From: Paraphysomonas bandaiensis
Taxonomy: Eukaryota; Protista; Chrysophyceae
NCBI GenBank assembly: GCA_965644295.1
Contig: CBFFRP010000046.1
Coordinates: forward strand, 62,001 to 126,000
DNA length: 64,000 bases
Reading direction: 5' to 3'
This document shows, in pieces, positions 53,352-64,000 of this stretch. Made by a program: the position numbers and the translations under genes. The notes under the pieces were generated by a model that was not told where the DNA came from, searched no databases, and saw nothing but the letters and a program-made list of their open reading frames with translations. The stretch's first letter is position 1; every line of letters starts with the position of its first letter.

Positions 53352-54541
53352 TTACAATATTTGCCTCAAATATTCTGTGCTATTACTTGTGTTAACCACT
53401 AATTTGGTCGGCTAATCATGATTATATCTCTGATATTAGATTTTCCATCGTCAAAAGTTTTAATAATTTTGTAACATAGAGTTCCGCTATGTTCAATGCG
53501 TTCCTGCAAATCTCTTACCCCCCCTCCAACGCCGAAGTAATACCTGATATATTATACAATATCAGTGAACATTTCTATACATCAAGGTCATACTAAGCAC
53601 TTATACCGTTTGCTAGCGATGTAGGCTACTCCATTGGGGCGGGATATATGGGCATCTAGGAATCTATAAACCTGAGCCATTCAACATAAGTCATGCAAAA
53701 GGAAAGTACATACACCATACCTTATCTACGGCTTCCAGAGAATATAAGGTTTCTGCGGAAAGGATGAGGTCGTATTCGACTGGTTGGTTGATTTTTCTAC
53801 TCAACATCAAATGTACGAATTATTACATCATGTGAATGCATACCAGCTACCTACCCAGTGACGAGGCTGTTAGAAAGGGCGGTCCAGTCACCGGCAAGAC
53901 AACTTACGTGTTGGACAGACTCTGGACAGTTTAACGCTACAGTGGGCCAAGTGTACTCACTTAGTACCTGCACCAATACGATTCGCATTAGAGTACATGG
54001 GTCACTAGGATCACCCTCGTACATAGTCGTTAAAGTCAGAGAACACAACCGGTCGAAATCCACATTTCAGCGCCGCTACTCCGGGTAGTCCATGACCTGC
54101 AGGTGTTCAGTGACGTCGCACTAATATCAAATGAAAATATTGCACCGCATCCTAACTCGAGCACACTCTTTTCAAATACACCAGGGCCATACATTTCAAA
54201 CACGCACTCCACTAAATCCAATGAGCATTCCCATATTCGCTTGCCTCCTTATACAGCGCTTAACATAATCAATGCGCATCTCAATACCACACACCTTCAT
54301 ATCTTCCCGGTATCAGATCGTATTCAGACGTCTCATCCTTATCGAATAGTTTCGCGATGACTTTATCACCAAAGCTCATAACTCTGTGCTCCACTGAGAG
54401 GTTGAGGAGCCCCGCACATGGATTCTCAATCTCTGCTACTGAATCCGCTGCACACTTTCCAAACTCAGAGACGCTTCCACTCTCATCATCTCCATTACCC
54501 TCCTCCTCCTCCCTTCCCATGAAACTAAACTTGAAATCCAT
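53352..54541 (-). CDS. METTL18: Histidine protein methyltransferase 1 (Hpm1)
   Basis: DLIPGRYEG|G..IWECSLDL, VLELGCG|HGLPG, SDFN, GDW, YDLILSAETLY and YFGVGGG. Confidence 0.9.
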
Positions 54542-54919
54542 ATAAATCACCCACAAAAGCTGCGGCTTTCTAGTTGATGACTGCAGCAGACTGATGAACT
54601 CATGCTCTGCTGTACTACGTCGTACCCCGTACACTCTGTACAGAGTACAGTACACATATAATACCGCTGCTCCCCTGCAGCACTTTGTAACTTTTTATCA
54701 ATTTTTTAGGTTTTAGACATGCCCAAAAAATCGTACCTCTGAATCCAAGATGTTCCTCTTGTGTGTGGATTTCGTCGAGTGTTCATGCACAGTGACGTCC
54801 AAACATTGCCAAGAAACGCACCAGTGTCCTTATATTAATTAAACACACACTGCCGTGCACTATCTCAAGAGAGACGCCGCAATTAATAACTGCACTCTCT
54901 CCCCTGCACGGTCAGACAT

Positions 54920-55873
54920 ATGTATGAGCTTAAGCGCATCCCCAATGCGCAGTACATGCCACCAGTTCAATTATCGGACGACCAACAACTGACCGTACCA
55001 GTGGGTGCTGGAGACACCATTAAATTCGGTGCCACCAGAGAGTGTGATGTGAAGGTGGGGAAGGGACTGCATGCTACTCTGACTGTGAACCAGAGCGGTG
55101 AAATGACGTTGACTTATTTCGGAGAACCGCCATACAGCTTGCGTATAGTAGGGAATCGTAGCTCGATTACCATGTCGAAGAATGACACCTATCAGCTACT
55201 GCCATTGGAAGGTTTGCATTTCTGTAGACACGCAGCGGTTAACAAATGCTACAAAGTATTTCCTATTGGCACAGTAACGGATAAGCCTAGCAATCCTACT
55301 ATCAGTGATATCCCTGTTCAAGAGGAACCGCTCCCTACAAACAACCGCCTGGCCGTGTTCTTCGACAGCCCGCAGGGAAGACAGGCGTCGATTGATCACC
55401 AAAATCACATCAGAAAGCTTCAGACGAACAATGCTAAAGCAAAACGCAAACGTGATGCCGCGGCCGCTGAACGTGAACGCATCATAGCTAATGGCGACCC
55501 TCTTGGGGACGTGTTTGATGTGGGATATCAACCGAGAGGGGGTCGGGAGCGTCAGTGCGAAAAGTGCCACCAGCGACTGGCAGAGGGGGCGTGTCGTGTC
55601 AGTGAGAAGAGACATACTTTTATTCGTCCTGGTGAGTGGGAGCACAAGACTGTGTTTTGGCACTCTACATGCTTGCGTCTAGAAGGGGCACCAGACGCTG
55701 CAGATGCTGGTGGCGGTGATGCCGAGGCTCCTGTAAATTTGGGCAGAGGGGGGAGGCGCCCAGGCAGAAGAGCATCGACTCTGGAGCATTTCATTCGAAG
55801 AAAGTTTCATGGTTTCGATGACTTGCGTGATGTGGATCAGGTGTATCTGAGGTCCCTGTTGGTAGCGCCATGA
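54920..55873 (+). CDS. Intronless 317-aa protein: FHA-like N-terminus + PARP-type zinc finger
   Basis: C-x2-C (CEKC), R, WHSTC and GFDDL..DQ match the zf-PARP pattern. The N-terminal beta-rich segment (TIKFG...HATLTV...TYQLLPLEGLHF) is FHA-like by eye. Confidence 0.65.
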   Translation: MYELKRIPNAQYMPPVQLSDDQQLTVPVGAGDTIKFGATRECDVKVGKGLHATLTVNQSGEMTLTYFGEPPYSLRIVGNRSSITMSKNDTYQLLPLEGLHFCRHAAVNKCYKVFPIGTVTDKPSNPTISDIPVQEEPLPTNNRLAVFFDSPQGRQASIDHQNHIRKLQTNNAKAKRKRDAAAAERERIIANGDPLGDVFDVGYQPRGGRERQCEKCHQRLAEGACRVSEKRHTFIRPGEWEHKTVFWHSTCLRLEGAPDAADAGGGDAEAPVNLGRGGRRPGRRASTLEHFIRRKFHGFDDLRDVDQVYLRSLLVAP

Positions 55874-56699
55874 CCACCCTCAGAACATTAGGAACGTTCA
55901 CACGAATTTTTGGACATAGCAGGCAATAATTACATTGTTATCGTGCTCGAACTATCATATTATATTTAAAAGCACAATCGACAATAAATTTTAAGTGAAT
56001 TAAAATATTTTTCCTGGAGCGTTATGACATGAATAACTGTGTTGTATGTATGTAAGCAGCCAAGAAGCAAGTAAGCAAGAAGCAAATAAGCATAAAGGTA
56101 GCTAGCTTTGTAGCTAATAAGTACCCTCCCAGAATATATAGCAAGATACCAATCAGTACGTAAGTTCATAACCATTAGCTAGTAGCGAGTGGCTGTAAGA
56201 AGCAACAGTGCTTTGATAGGCTGAGTGAGCTCGTGGCTGCGATGGTATACCCCTAAAGGGTTAGGGTTAGTATTGAACAAAAATAAAAAATGGTAAAAAC
56301 TCCGTGTAACTCAAACTAGCCACCTAGGTCGCTTGTGGCTTGGTAATTGTGATTTGGGATTTGGGCGTCTCTGATATTGTTGATCGCTTTCTGTTGTTTG
56401 TGGATGAGATGTCGAACCCAGCTCCCCCCATCAATGTAGTTGGCAATGTGAAGGAAATAGCTGCTCTTAGTGGTTTGTAAGAAGATCGGCTAACATTGTG
56501 GTAGTGGATATGTGATCAACAGTCACTAAATTTTGGGCAAAGTGTTCTCGAATATAGTGATATAAAATTGCGATTTGTGTTGTACGGCGATGATGAGTAG
56601 GATTGTAACATAATTGGACTGCACTCTTATTATCATGTAAACTAAATAGTGTGGTAAACTAAGGCTTTGTCAACTGAAAAATTATTACATTTCTAATAG

Positions 56700-57300
56700 T
56701 CGTCATTATCACCTTGCCAGACATCAACCTCATAGTTCCTCTTTACAACAAGATCATCAGCTTCTACATCAGCTAAATCTATATCCTTAGAACACACATC
56801 CTCCTCGCGATATCTAACCCCTTGCACTCGTAAACGATCAATCTTCTTTTGTAATCTCACTTTCGTACCATACTCACGAAACCTTCCAGCACATGTTGTC
56901 GCAACTCTTTCATTGTAGGCGTACCAGCATACTCTCTAGCCACATACTGCTTTACATCTCTCCATAGTTCCTCGATAGATTGCAACTCAGGAAGATACAA
57001 CATCATTAGTGGTGTACTATGGCCATATTCAGAACACAACTGTTGTACTCTTATCACATTACATACCTCGTGAGTGGCAAGTTTCTTCAACCAAGACCTA
57101 GCTATCGCCTGCAGCTGAACTAACATGCGACCTCGTGGAGCTGTACCTTGAAGGAAATCATTACCTCTGCCCGACCTGTCCAATCCGAGATACTGTGTTT
57201 CATGCGCTCAGGGTCTCTTGATCCGTAGCTGCTTGGAAGAAGTGTACTACCCTTGCTATTAATCCATTCTTACCATACCTGTACCTAACACCTATATCTA
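56700..57300 (-). pseudogene. Degenerate IS630-Tc1-mariner transposase remnant
   Basis: YLPELQSIEELWRDVKQYVAREY resembles the PELxPIExxWxxxK catalytic-E motif. The frame is broken; boundaries are approximate. Confidence 0.7.
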
Positions 57301-58107
57301 AGTAAACGCTAGCGCGATTGATGGTCGTTAAAATAGACATGCTTGCACATCCCGTTGTACCACGGCAGCAACAATTGAGGCATGAGGAATCCAATGGGTC
57401 AGCCTTTGGCTCAGATGGAGTGAGGATAGGGGAAGCATGGCAGTGGGGTCTGCTGGGGGTGTTGGAGGCAGTCTCGGAGGTAATTTCAGGGACTAAACCA
57501 CATAAACGATCGATACAATGCCCCTTCAGGAATATCTTGGCCTTATTCTTCGATCATGGGGGTCTACTATGCTTAGTTTGAGGTGTAGTGGTCTCATTCA
57601 GCACAGTGGTTCCATCAACCTCACAGTCACTTGAAGGGACCTCTTCCGCATAATAATTTATTTCTCGACATCTAGGAGCCCCTGAGAGTAACTGAAGGCA
57701 TAGTCAGGTAGCGGAGGGGCGATTGGTTTCAAGCTGAATATATTCTGCAGGTCCATGCAGGTGAAAGTTCGTGCTCTTCATTTTTGAGTGCACATATCCA
57801 GGATATCTACACAGCCAGCGTCACAAAAAGTCCAATATAACAAAATATTTAGCATTTCATGGGCTATTTTGTGTTAAAACCGCAGTATTTTGATTTCTAA
57901 AATGAAAAAGTTAATTTTCGCTAGTTCCCGCATCTACCACCGTATTGACACACAGATCCACTGCATGGTGCTGTAGATGAGATATACACTGCTGTACACT
58001 GCTGCGGATAGATGTATGCTGCGGATAGAATATCCAGCCATACAGTAATGCGGCACCAACAAGTCGAGGTAGCAGAGTACTATCATTAGCACTCTAACGT
58101 ATTTATA

Positions 58108-59487
58108 ATGTTGAATACTGAATCTTACACCCCACCGAAGTGGATGCATGATGCCATAGATACTGCGAAGCTACCGGCCAAAAAGGTGAAACTTGCGAAC
58201 CTCCCCACCCCCATCCACAAGTTCCGCTCTAACGGTACAGTATGAGGCCCTTCACATGATGTTTTTACTAACATGGCACATCCCCTGCATGTACTTATCA
58301 GAGTTGGAGAGTCTCGGGCTCGAAGTGCACATCAAACGAGACGATTTAACATCATGCGATTTGTCTGGAAATAAAGTCAGAAAACTCGAGTTTCTTCTGT
58401 CGGAAGCGATTGAAGAGTCTCACGACTGCGTCATAACTATAGGTACTGTGCCGTATAACTGTATAGGTTGATCGTTTTAACGCAATGCAGGTGGAGAGCA
58501 GTCGAACCATTGCAGAGCGACTGCAGTGGCCTGTCGCCAGCTAGGCATCGACCCCTACATTATAATTCGTACCGATAAAGCGCCAAGTGAATTAAGTCTT
58601 ACTGGTACAATATTCAGTGTGTTCGTCTTACCCTATTGTTGACACAGAGTACACAGGGAATTTGCTCCTGTCCAGGATGGTGGGGAGTCATGTCCGCACC
58701 GTTTCACCAGGTTTGATCAAGTGACGTTGACTATAATGCCGATCCAATATCTGTAATCTTGTGTAGACATATATTACAAAATTGGTAGTGACGAAGTAGT
58801 GCACCAGCTGGCGGAGTCACTGAAACTAGAAGGGAAAAATCCTTACTGCATTCCTGTGGGTGGCAGTAATGTGCAGGTGAATGGTTGATTCTGTAGTGTC
58901 GTTTCAAGGCCTTAATCGAATATTTATTTGAGCAGGGGACATTTGGATACCTCAATGCAATGGCTGAAATTGCTAGCCAGTGTGGCGGTGAAGTGGATTA
59001 TGATCACATTGTGTTCGCTTGTGGGTCTGGTGGTACGGCCGCAGGCATTGCTATTGGGAACCGATTGCTGGGTAGCCGCGCCCGTGTGCATGCCGTTTGT
59101 GTGTGCGACACTCCGGATGAGTTTTACGAAAGTATTGGCGACTTAGCTGTTGGCCTTGGAATTGATATATCCCCATCTGGCCCACTTGGATCACCCAGAG
59201 ATTGGTTGGACATATACCCGGGTGAGGGCCTTGGGTATGCCTTGACCACTGATGAAGAGTTAAATTTTCTCTGCTCCATTGCATCCGAGTCGGGACTCTT
59301 ATTTGATCAGGTGTATTCTGGTAAAGCACTGTATCATCTAATGTTAGTAGCGAAAGCCCGGTCAGATGTCTTTCAACCTGGTCACCGAGTGCTCTTCATT
59401 CACACAGGGGGAATATTGGGTCTATACAACTCTATTGAAAGGATCCGTCCTCAAGGATCCGTTCAAGCAATGAATCTTACGGATTAG
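58108..59487 (+). CDS. D-cysteine desulfhydrase (ACC deaminase/DCD PLP family)
   Basis: LPTPIHK, KRDDL..SGNKVRKLEFL, QSNHCRATA, IPVGGSN and ACGSGGTAAG. VYSGKA and HTGG have S and T where ACC deaminases have E and L, favouring DCD. Confidence 0.9.
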
Positions 59488-59658
59488 GGTTAGGGTTAGA
59501 GTTTCAGTATTTGGCATTTGAATGGTTAAATCCTAAATAACGGAACATTAGTCTGACTCAATAATCCATTTGAAATGATTGTAATCAACATTTCCAACTA
59601 TTCAATTAGGGTTAGGGTTAAGAAGATAGAGGTTTGGGAAGGAGCATCCTACTTATTA

Positions 59659-62155
59659 CAGTTCGTTCACCCATAACTAACTGCTCAAAAAACGGTCGAC
59701 AGTTACGTTTTTTTCAGTTACTGAGTTTGATAATATTTCAGGAAATCTCTCAATTTCACCACGACTGCACCCACACACCCTTCCAAACCGACTTGACACT
59801 GTCAATCAGGTCACAGGCTTCCATTTGCATGCTCTAGATATCTCATTCATACTCTATGTCCAATATTAGAATGATGCCAACACAGTGGTCCCAAAATTTT
59901 CGAGGTCCGGTGGCGTGCAAAATATATATTTTGCATTTCACCTCAAACGAACTCCATATTTTGTGGTAAGTATCGCAACATCACTGGTGACAATCTCACG
60001 TTGGGTATTTTTATTTAAGGGCCTGCTTGTTTCAAACATGGCGATTAACAAGAGATCAAAATCTGTCAGAAAATCATCCCGTGGAAAGAGGTCTGCAGTG
60101 GATACAATGCACGGTCAAAAGGGCAGGAAGAATAGAGAGAAAAGAGAGTTACGTGCAAGGCGACGTCCAGTAGGGATAGAGGAAGAATTAGTCCAAGAAG
60201 ACCCTGAGGTGGTGGAGGAAAAAGCAGAAGTTCAGTGTGACTTCAGAGACAGGGCTGTTGCCATTCGGGAGGAGCTATGTCGACCTCAGGGCCAATTGGC
60301 ATCATTCGATGATGTTGTTAATGTCTTACGCATCTATTCTAATGTTATTATGAAGAAGAGAGCAAGCAATCACACCGCAGCCATTAAATTTACTGCTGAC
60401 GCATTACAGATGGGCGACACGACTGTTAGACATATCATTCAGGAGTATGACACAAATGGTCAAGAAGTGTACTGTACCCCGTGCAGTATAGCACCAACTC
60501 GAGGTACAGGCAGCAAGGCCTATGTTTATGAGCACATGAAAATTCAGAAAGAGATGCTTATTTCATGTCATGACTACATTATGAATGAATTGCGGGATGG
60601 TGTAAGGCATACATATGCGGACCTGCATCGGTATCTCGAGAACCAATTTGACATCAAAGTGTCATACACCGCTTTACGAAAACGAATGTGTTTTGACTTT
60701 GATTATGTTAATGGTGTCATTCCGTATAACACTACTTCAGTAAAAATAACACTGCAAATCCGACGATTTATGCTGTTGTATAGTGGTACGTTATTGTTGA
60801 AGAAATTATGTTATTTTATATACAAAAACCGATGATGATGTATGTGCTGTGATACCGTAACGTTTATTACTTGTTATGGTGTGTATTAACATTAGCGTCT
60901 CTACAGATGCAATTAAAAAGGAAAAACAAGGGAGTGCCTGCATTGCATACATGGATGAGACATGGGTGTGGAGATATCATAGCAGGAAGACTGGCATAGG
61001 ACCCAAAGGAGTGACACGGCAAGGAACAAAGTCGTCTAAGGGAGATCGTTTGATAATTGTCGATGCAATTACTTCTGATGGTGCAATTCGTTGGCAATTA
61101 GAGAATGAAAAAGGTAAATTATGGTCAACGTTGTGGTCCTTCCTCTATACAAAATCAGGAGACTACCACACTGCCATGAATTTCGAGTCGTTTCAGAAAT
61201 GGATTAACTGTTGTTTTGTTCCAACATGGAAGAGAAAGTATCCTGGTACCCCTTGCATACTAGTATTGGACAATGCCCCCTACCATATGGGAGGCATGAT
61301 TAACCCACATCGTCTCAGCAAGAGTGAGTGTACGCTGCATTTGCGCAAGTGTCTGCCTAGGGGGTCCCGTATTACTGTCAACACGAATGGCACGCTGCTT
61401 CAGTTTGAAGTGCCTAGGCATGGAGGGTTTCCAAATTCTCCAGCAGGTCCATCTCTCAGGGAGCTTCAAGAGGCTGTTCACGACATTCTAGCTGATTACA
61501 AGCCTCGCGACTTGCTGACTTGGGTAGAATGTCGCTTTGCAGAGCTTGGTTGGGAGGTGATATTTACCCCACGTTACATGTGTAATTTCCAACCGATAGA
61601 ACTCTACTGGGCAAACATCAAAAATAGCATTGGACGAAGGTACTTTTCTGGTAGAGACATGAAGTGGATACAAGACTTCTTCAAAAAGCATTCTATAACC
61701 ATTGAGTGTGATTCTTTGGATAGACATGCGCATGATTGTATGAATATCTGGCTCAGACAGGATAATTTGTTGGGTGGTGTGTATGACAATGTAACTGTAC
61801 CTGACGATGACATTAGAGAGAATATACTAGCAAATAACCCTAAGTTTATGTCTGAAAAAGAAATGGAAGATATACAGAACCCATCTGAGGTGGCTGTACA
61901 CTTCACTATTCACAGGAATGGTGATATGGATTAGGGCCATATTTTGTAAGGGTAAAAATCACGAATTTTGAACTGTTCACTTTCACTTATCTTAACGGTA
62001 TAGTAAAACGGCTTGTAGGTAGAAGCTAAAACTTTGTCTCATATATCTTTGTGACATAAGCTTTCAGTGCATATGCTTACTTTTTAAAACTTATGTCTAG
62101 TTCTAGAAATATAGTTGCTGATATTAGGAGCAGTTAGTTATGAGTGAACGAACTG
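59659..62155 (+). mobile_element. Full-length IS630-Tc1-mariner DNA transposon (Sailor-like, DD109E), 2497 bp
   Basis: 28-bp TIRs cagttcgttcac(c/t)cataactaactgctc at 59659-59686 and 62128-62155 (1 mismatch), with TA on both flanks. Confidence 0.93.
60038..61934 (+). CDS. DDE transposase, two exons (60038-60785, 60907-61934)
   Basis: A GT-AG intron restores the frame (YS-D-AIKK). Catalytic YMDETW, VLDNAPYH and FQPIELYW; HTH-like N-terminal region. Confidence 0.9.
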
Positions 62156-62421
62156 TACTTATGTGCCGGTGTAGACGTGTACATATTCTCTACATCAAAG
62201 GTAAGCATCCTAGTGTGGGGTTCGACTGGAAGCTCAAGTAAAGTAGTTTGTAAATGAGTAGAGTCTCTCATAAAACAGCTCAATCGCTTCGTGCATGTGA
62301 GTAGATGAGTAGATAATACGAAAGTCAGGTGCCATTACATTGGAAATAATATAGGTCAACATTTAATAGGTGTTTTGTGAATTTTGGTATTCCTTGAAAA
62401 TAAGCTGGTTTGCATTTGGGA

Positions 62422-62558
62422 CAGGGCCTGGTAAGCATTAATGGTAATGGCATTAATGGGCCATTAATGGTAATGCCATTATAATTGCTGGGACTTTTTT
62501 AATTAATGCCATTATAATTGCGGGAAACTGGACTACCATTAATGGGCCATTAATGGTA
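62422..62558. repeat. Palindromic CCATTAATGG-type repeat cluster starting CAGGG; possible hAT/MITE terminus
   Basis: cagggcctgg followed by repeated cattaatgg and gccattataattgc units. No matching opposite end is seen in the window. Confidence 0.5.
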
Positions 62559-63791
62559 TAACCTGACTTGATCTCTGTAGCTCCGAAAAGGCGGCCCTAT
62601 TTCCCAAAGCTCTCTCAATGCAATCTTAGTGATCTCCCTCTGCTCCTCCAGATACATCAACCTCTCCTCTAGCATGTTGCTGGTCGTGAGGTAATCCAGC
62701 AATTCGGGTATCCTGTCCTTCTCCTGGCTCAAGAGCTGGAAATCCATGTCTCTTGGCCCCCTGGTTCGCGCATGATGAATTATTTCTAACCAGGATGCAT
62801 AGAACTCCCTCTGCTCTTCCGGCACTCCTTCCTTCACTCCAGCCATCTTGAGCTCCTCCATCAACCAGTCCAATGCACCTCTGTAGCTGCTTTCCGTCAT
62901 CCTCTCTCTCACATTCTCTATCTTTCTTCTCACCAGCCACTCACCCTGCCTTGCTTACCTCTCTTGAAATTCTGGTTCCACCGGCCTCGCTAGATGTATC
63001 AGCATACTCCTCTGGAGCATGTTCTTAGTCTCTTGGGATAGCTCCACTGGTCGTGAGGCAGCATGAATTTCCTCCTGCGTCCAACTCCAGTCTCTACTGC
63101 ATTCCTCCTCGTCAGCCCTTCTTCTCCCTCTGGCCCTACTTCCCGTACTCCACTCCTCCTGTGATGGTAACACCTCCCTTCGTCCTGCTCGGCCTCCTGC
63201 TCCCATTGCAGCCAACTCCACCATTACCGGTGTGCTCCTATACTCCCGTCCCGTACTCCTTCTGGCTGGTGTCTTCCGGTATTCGTCTCCCATTTATGGG
63301 GCCGCCACCTCGTAGTCCTTGCTCCCTCCCTCCTGTCCGGTGTCTACCCCCTTCCTCCTTGATCTTCCCCTCTCTGTGACATCTCCTGTACCAAAACACC
63401 CAGCATTCTGTGGCATACTTTGGCGCAGATCCTGCTTTCAACACTGCAAGGCAGCTCTTGAGAGTCTCTATCCGTGGATTCCCTCTCATCTCTATCACCG
63501 GCTGGTCTCTTGCCTTCCCCTTGCCGCACCCACACCCACGGTGGTATATCTGACGCCCTTTCCTTTGTCTCCTTCTGCTCTAATTCCCCTAGCCGCATCT
63601 TATCACTGAATAGCTTCCTGGTGGCCTACATATCTCCAGCCCCACCCCCTTCTCTCCTTACGGGCCTTCTCATCAATGGATTTCCATACATTTCTCCCGC
63701 TTGGATCGTTACCATGAAATTTTGCTCCCCCTGCTTCCCACTGACTGATCAGGTTCATTGGTTCGCTGAGGGAGCCCACGTTGTCCACCAC
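62550..63791 (-). pseudogene. Fragmented purine-rich coding remnant, probably TE-derived
   Basis: Several collinear minus-strand ORFs broken by stops and frameshifts, strong strand asymmetry, no introns evident. Bounded by (CCCTAA)2 at 63794-63809. No recognisable domain. Confidence 0.4.
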
Positions 63792-64000
63792 AATAACCCT
63801 AACCCTAACAGTTATAGCTATATAGTATGTTTGACTACGTATTTGGTCTTAACCACAGTCAGTAACCACACTTATAAGAAGTAATATATTTACGTCCAAA
63901 TCAATTAAATTTATTGTATTACTCTACTAAATAGTACTATCAGAGAGTGTGCTTGCATACACATACAAATCGTTTGCTAGAGTTTGACAATAACCAAAGT

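Noticed and set aside
58108-59487. ACC deaminase assignment
   Set aside because: Diagnostic positions are S (VYSGK) and T (HTGG), typical of D-cysteine desulfhydrase.

Overview
Gene-dense eukaryotic DNA with very short (~45-60 nt) spliceosomal introns and TTAGGG-type telomere motifs. The host is probably a flagellated stramenopile, possibly chrysophyte-like; this is inferred from gene style, not proven. Host genes come mostly as head-to-head pairs: outer-arm dynein heavy chain/Kizuna-like, DNAAF3/6-phosphogluconolactonase, CDPK-like kinase/RAD50, SERBP1-like/GGTase-I beta, IP3-receptor-like channel/DGAT2 and SGT/GlyRS. These are followed by METTL18, an FHA-like + PARP-zinc-finger ORF and D-cysteine desulfhydrase. 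Mobile DNA collects in the tail-to-tail gaps: an LTR-less copia body flanked by a 68-bp duplication, a copia RNase H scrap, a LINE 3' fragment, and a ~520-bp SINE-like family sharing the LINE's structured 3' tail. Toward the right end are a complete-looking DD109E IS630-Tc1-mariner transposon and a remnant of the same superfamily. There is also an apparently exact 2,166-bp tandem duplication. The standout is the IP3-receptor-family channel (36559-45323). It carries a complete extra S1-S4 voltage-sensor domain with six arginines in S4, inserted in its cytosolic region. It has lost most IP3-binding residues, has an altered selectivity filter and ends in a C2-like tail, making it a candidate voltage-operated Ca2+-release channel in one polypeptide. 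All assignments are by eye; no searches were run.
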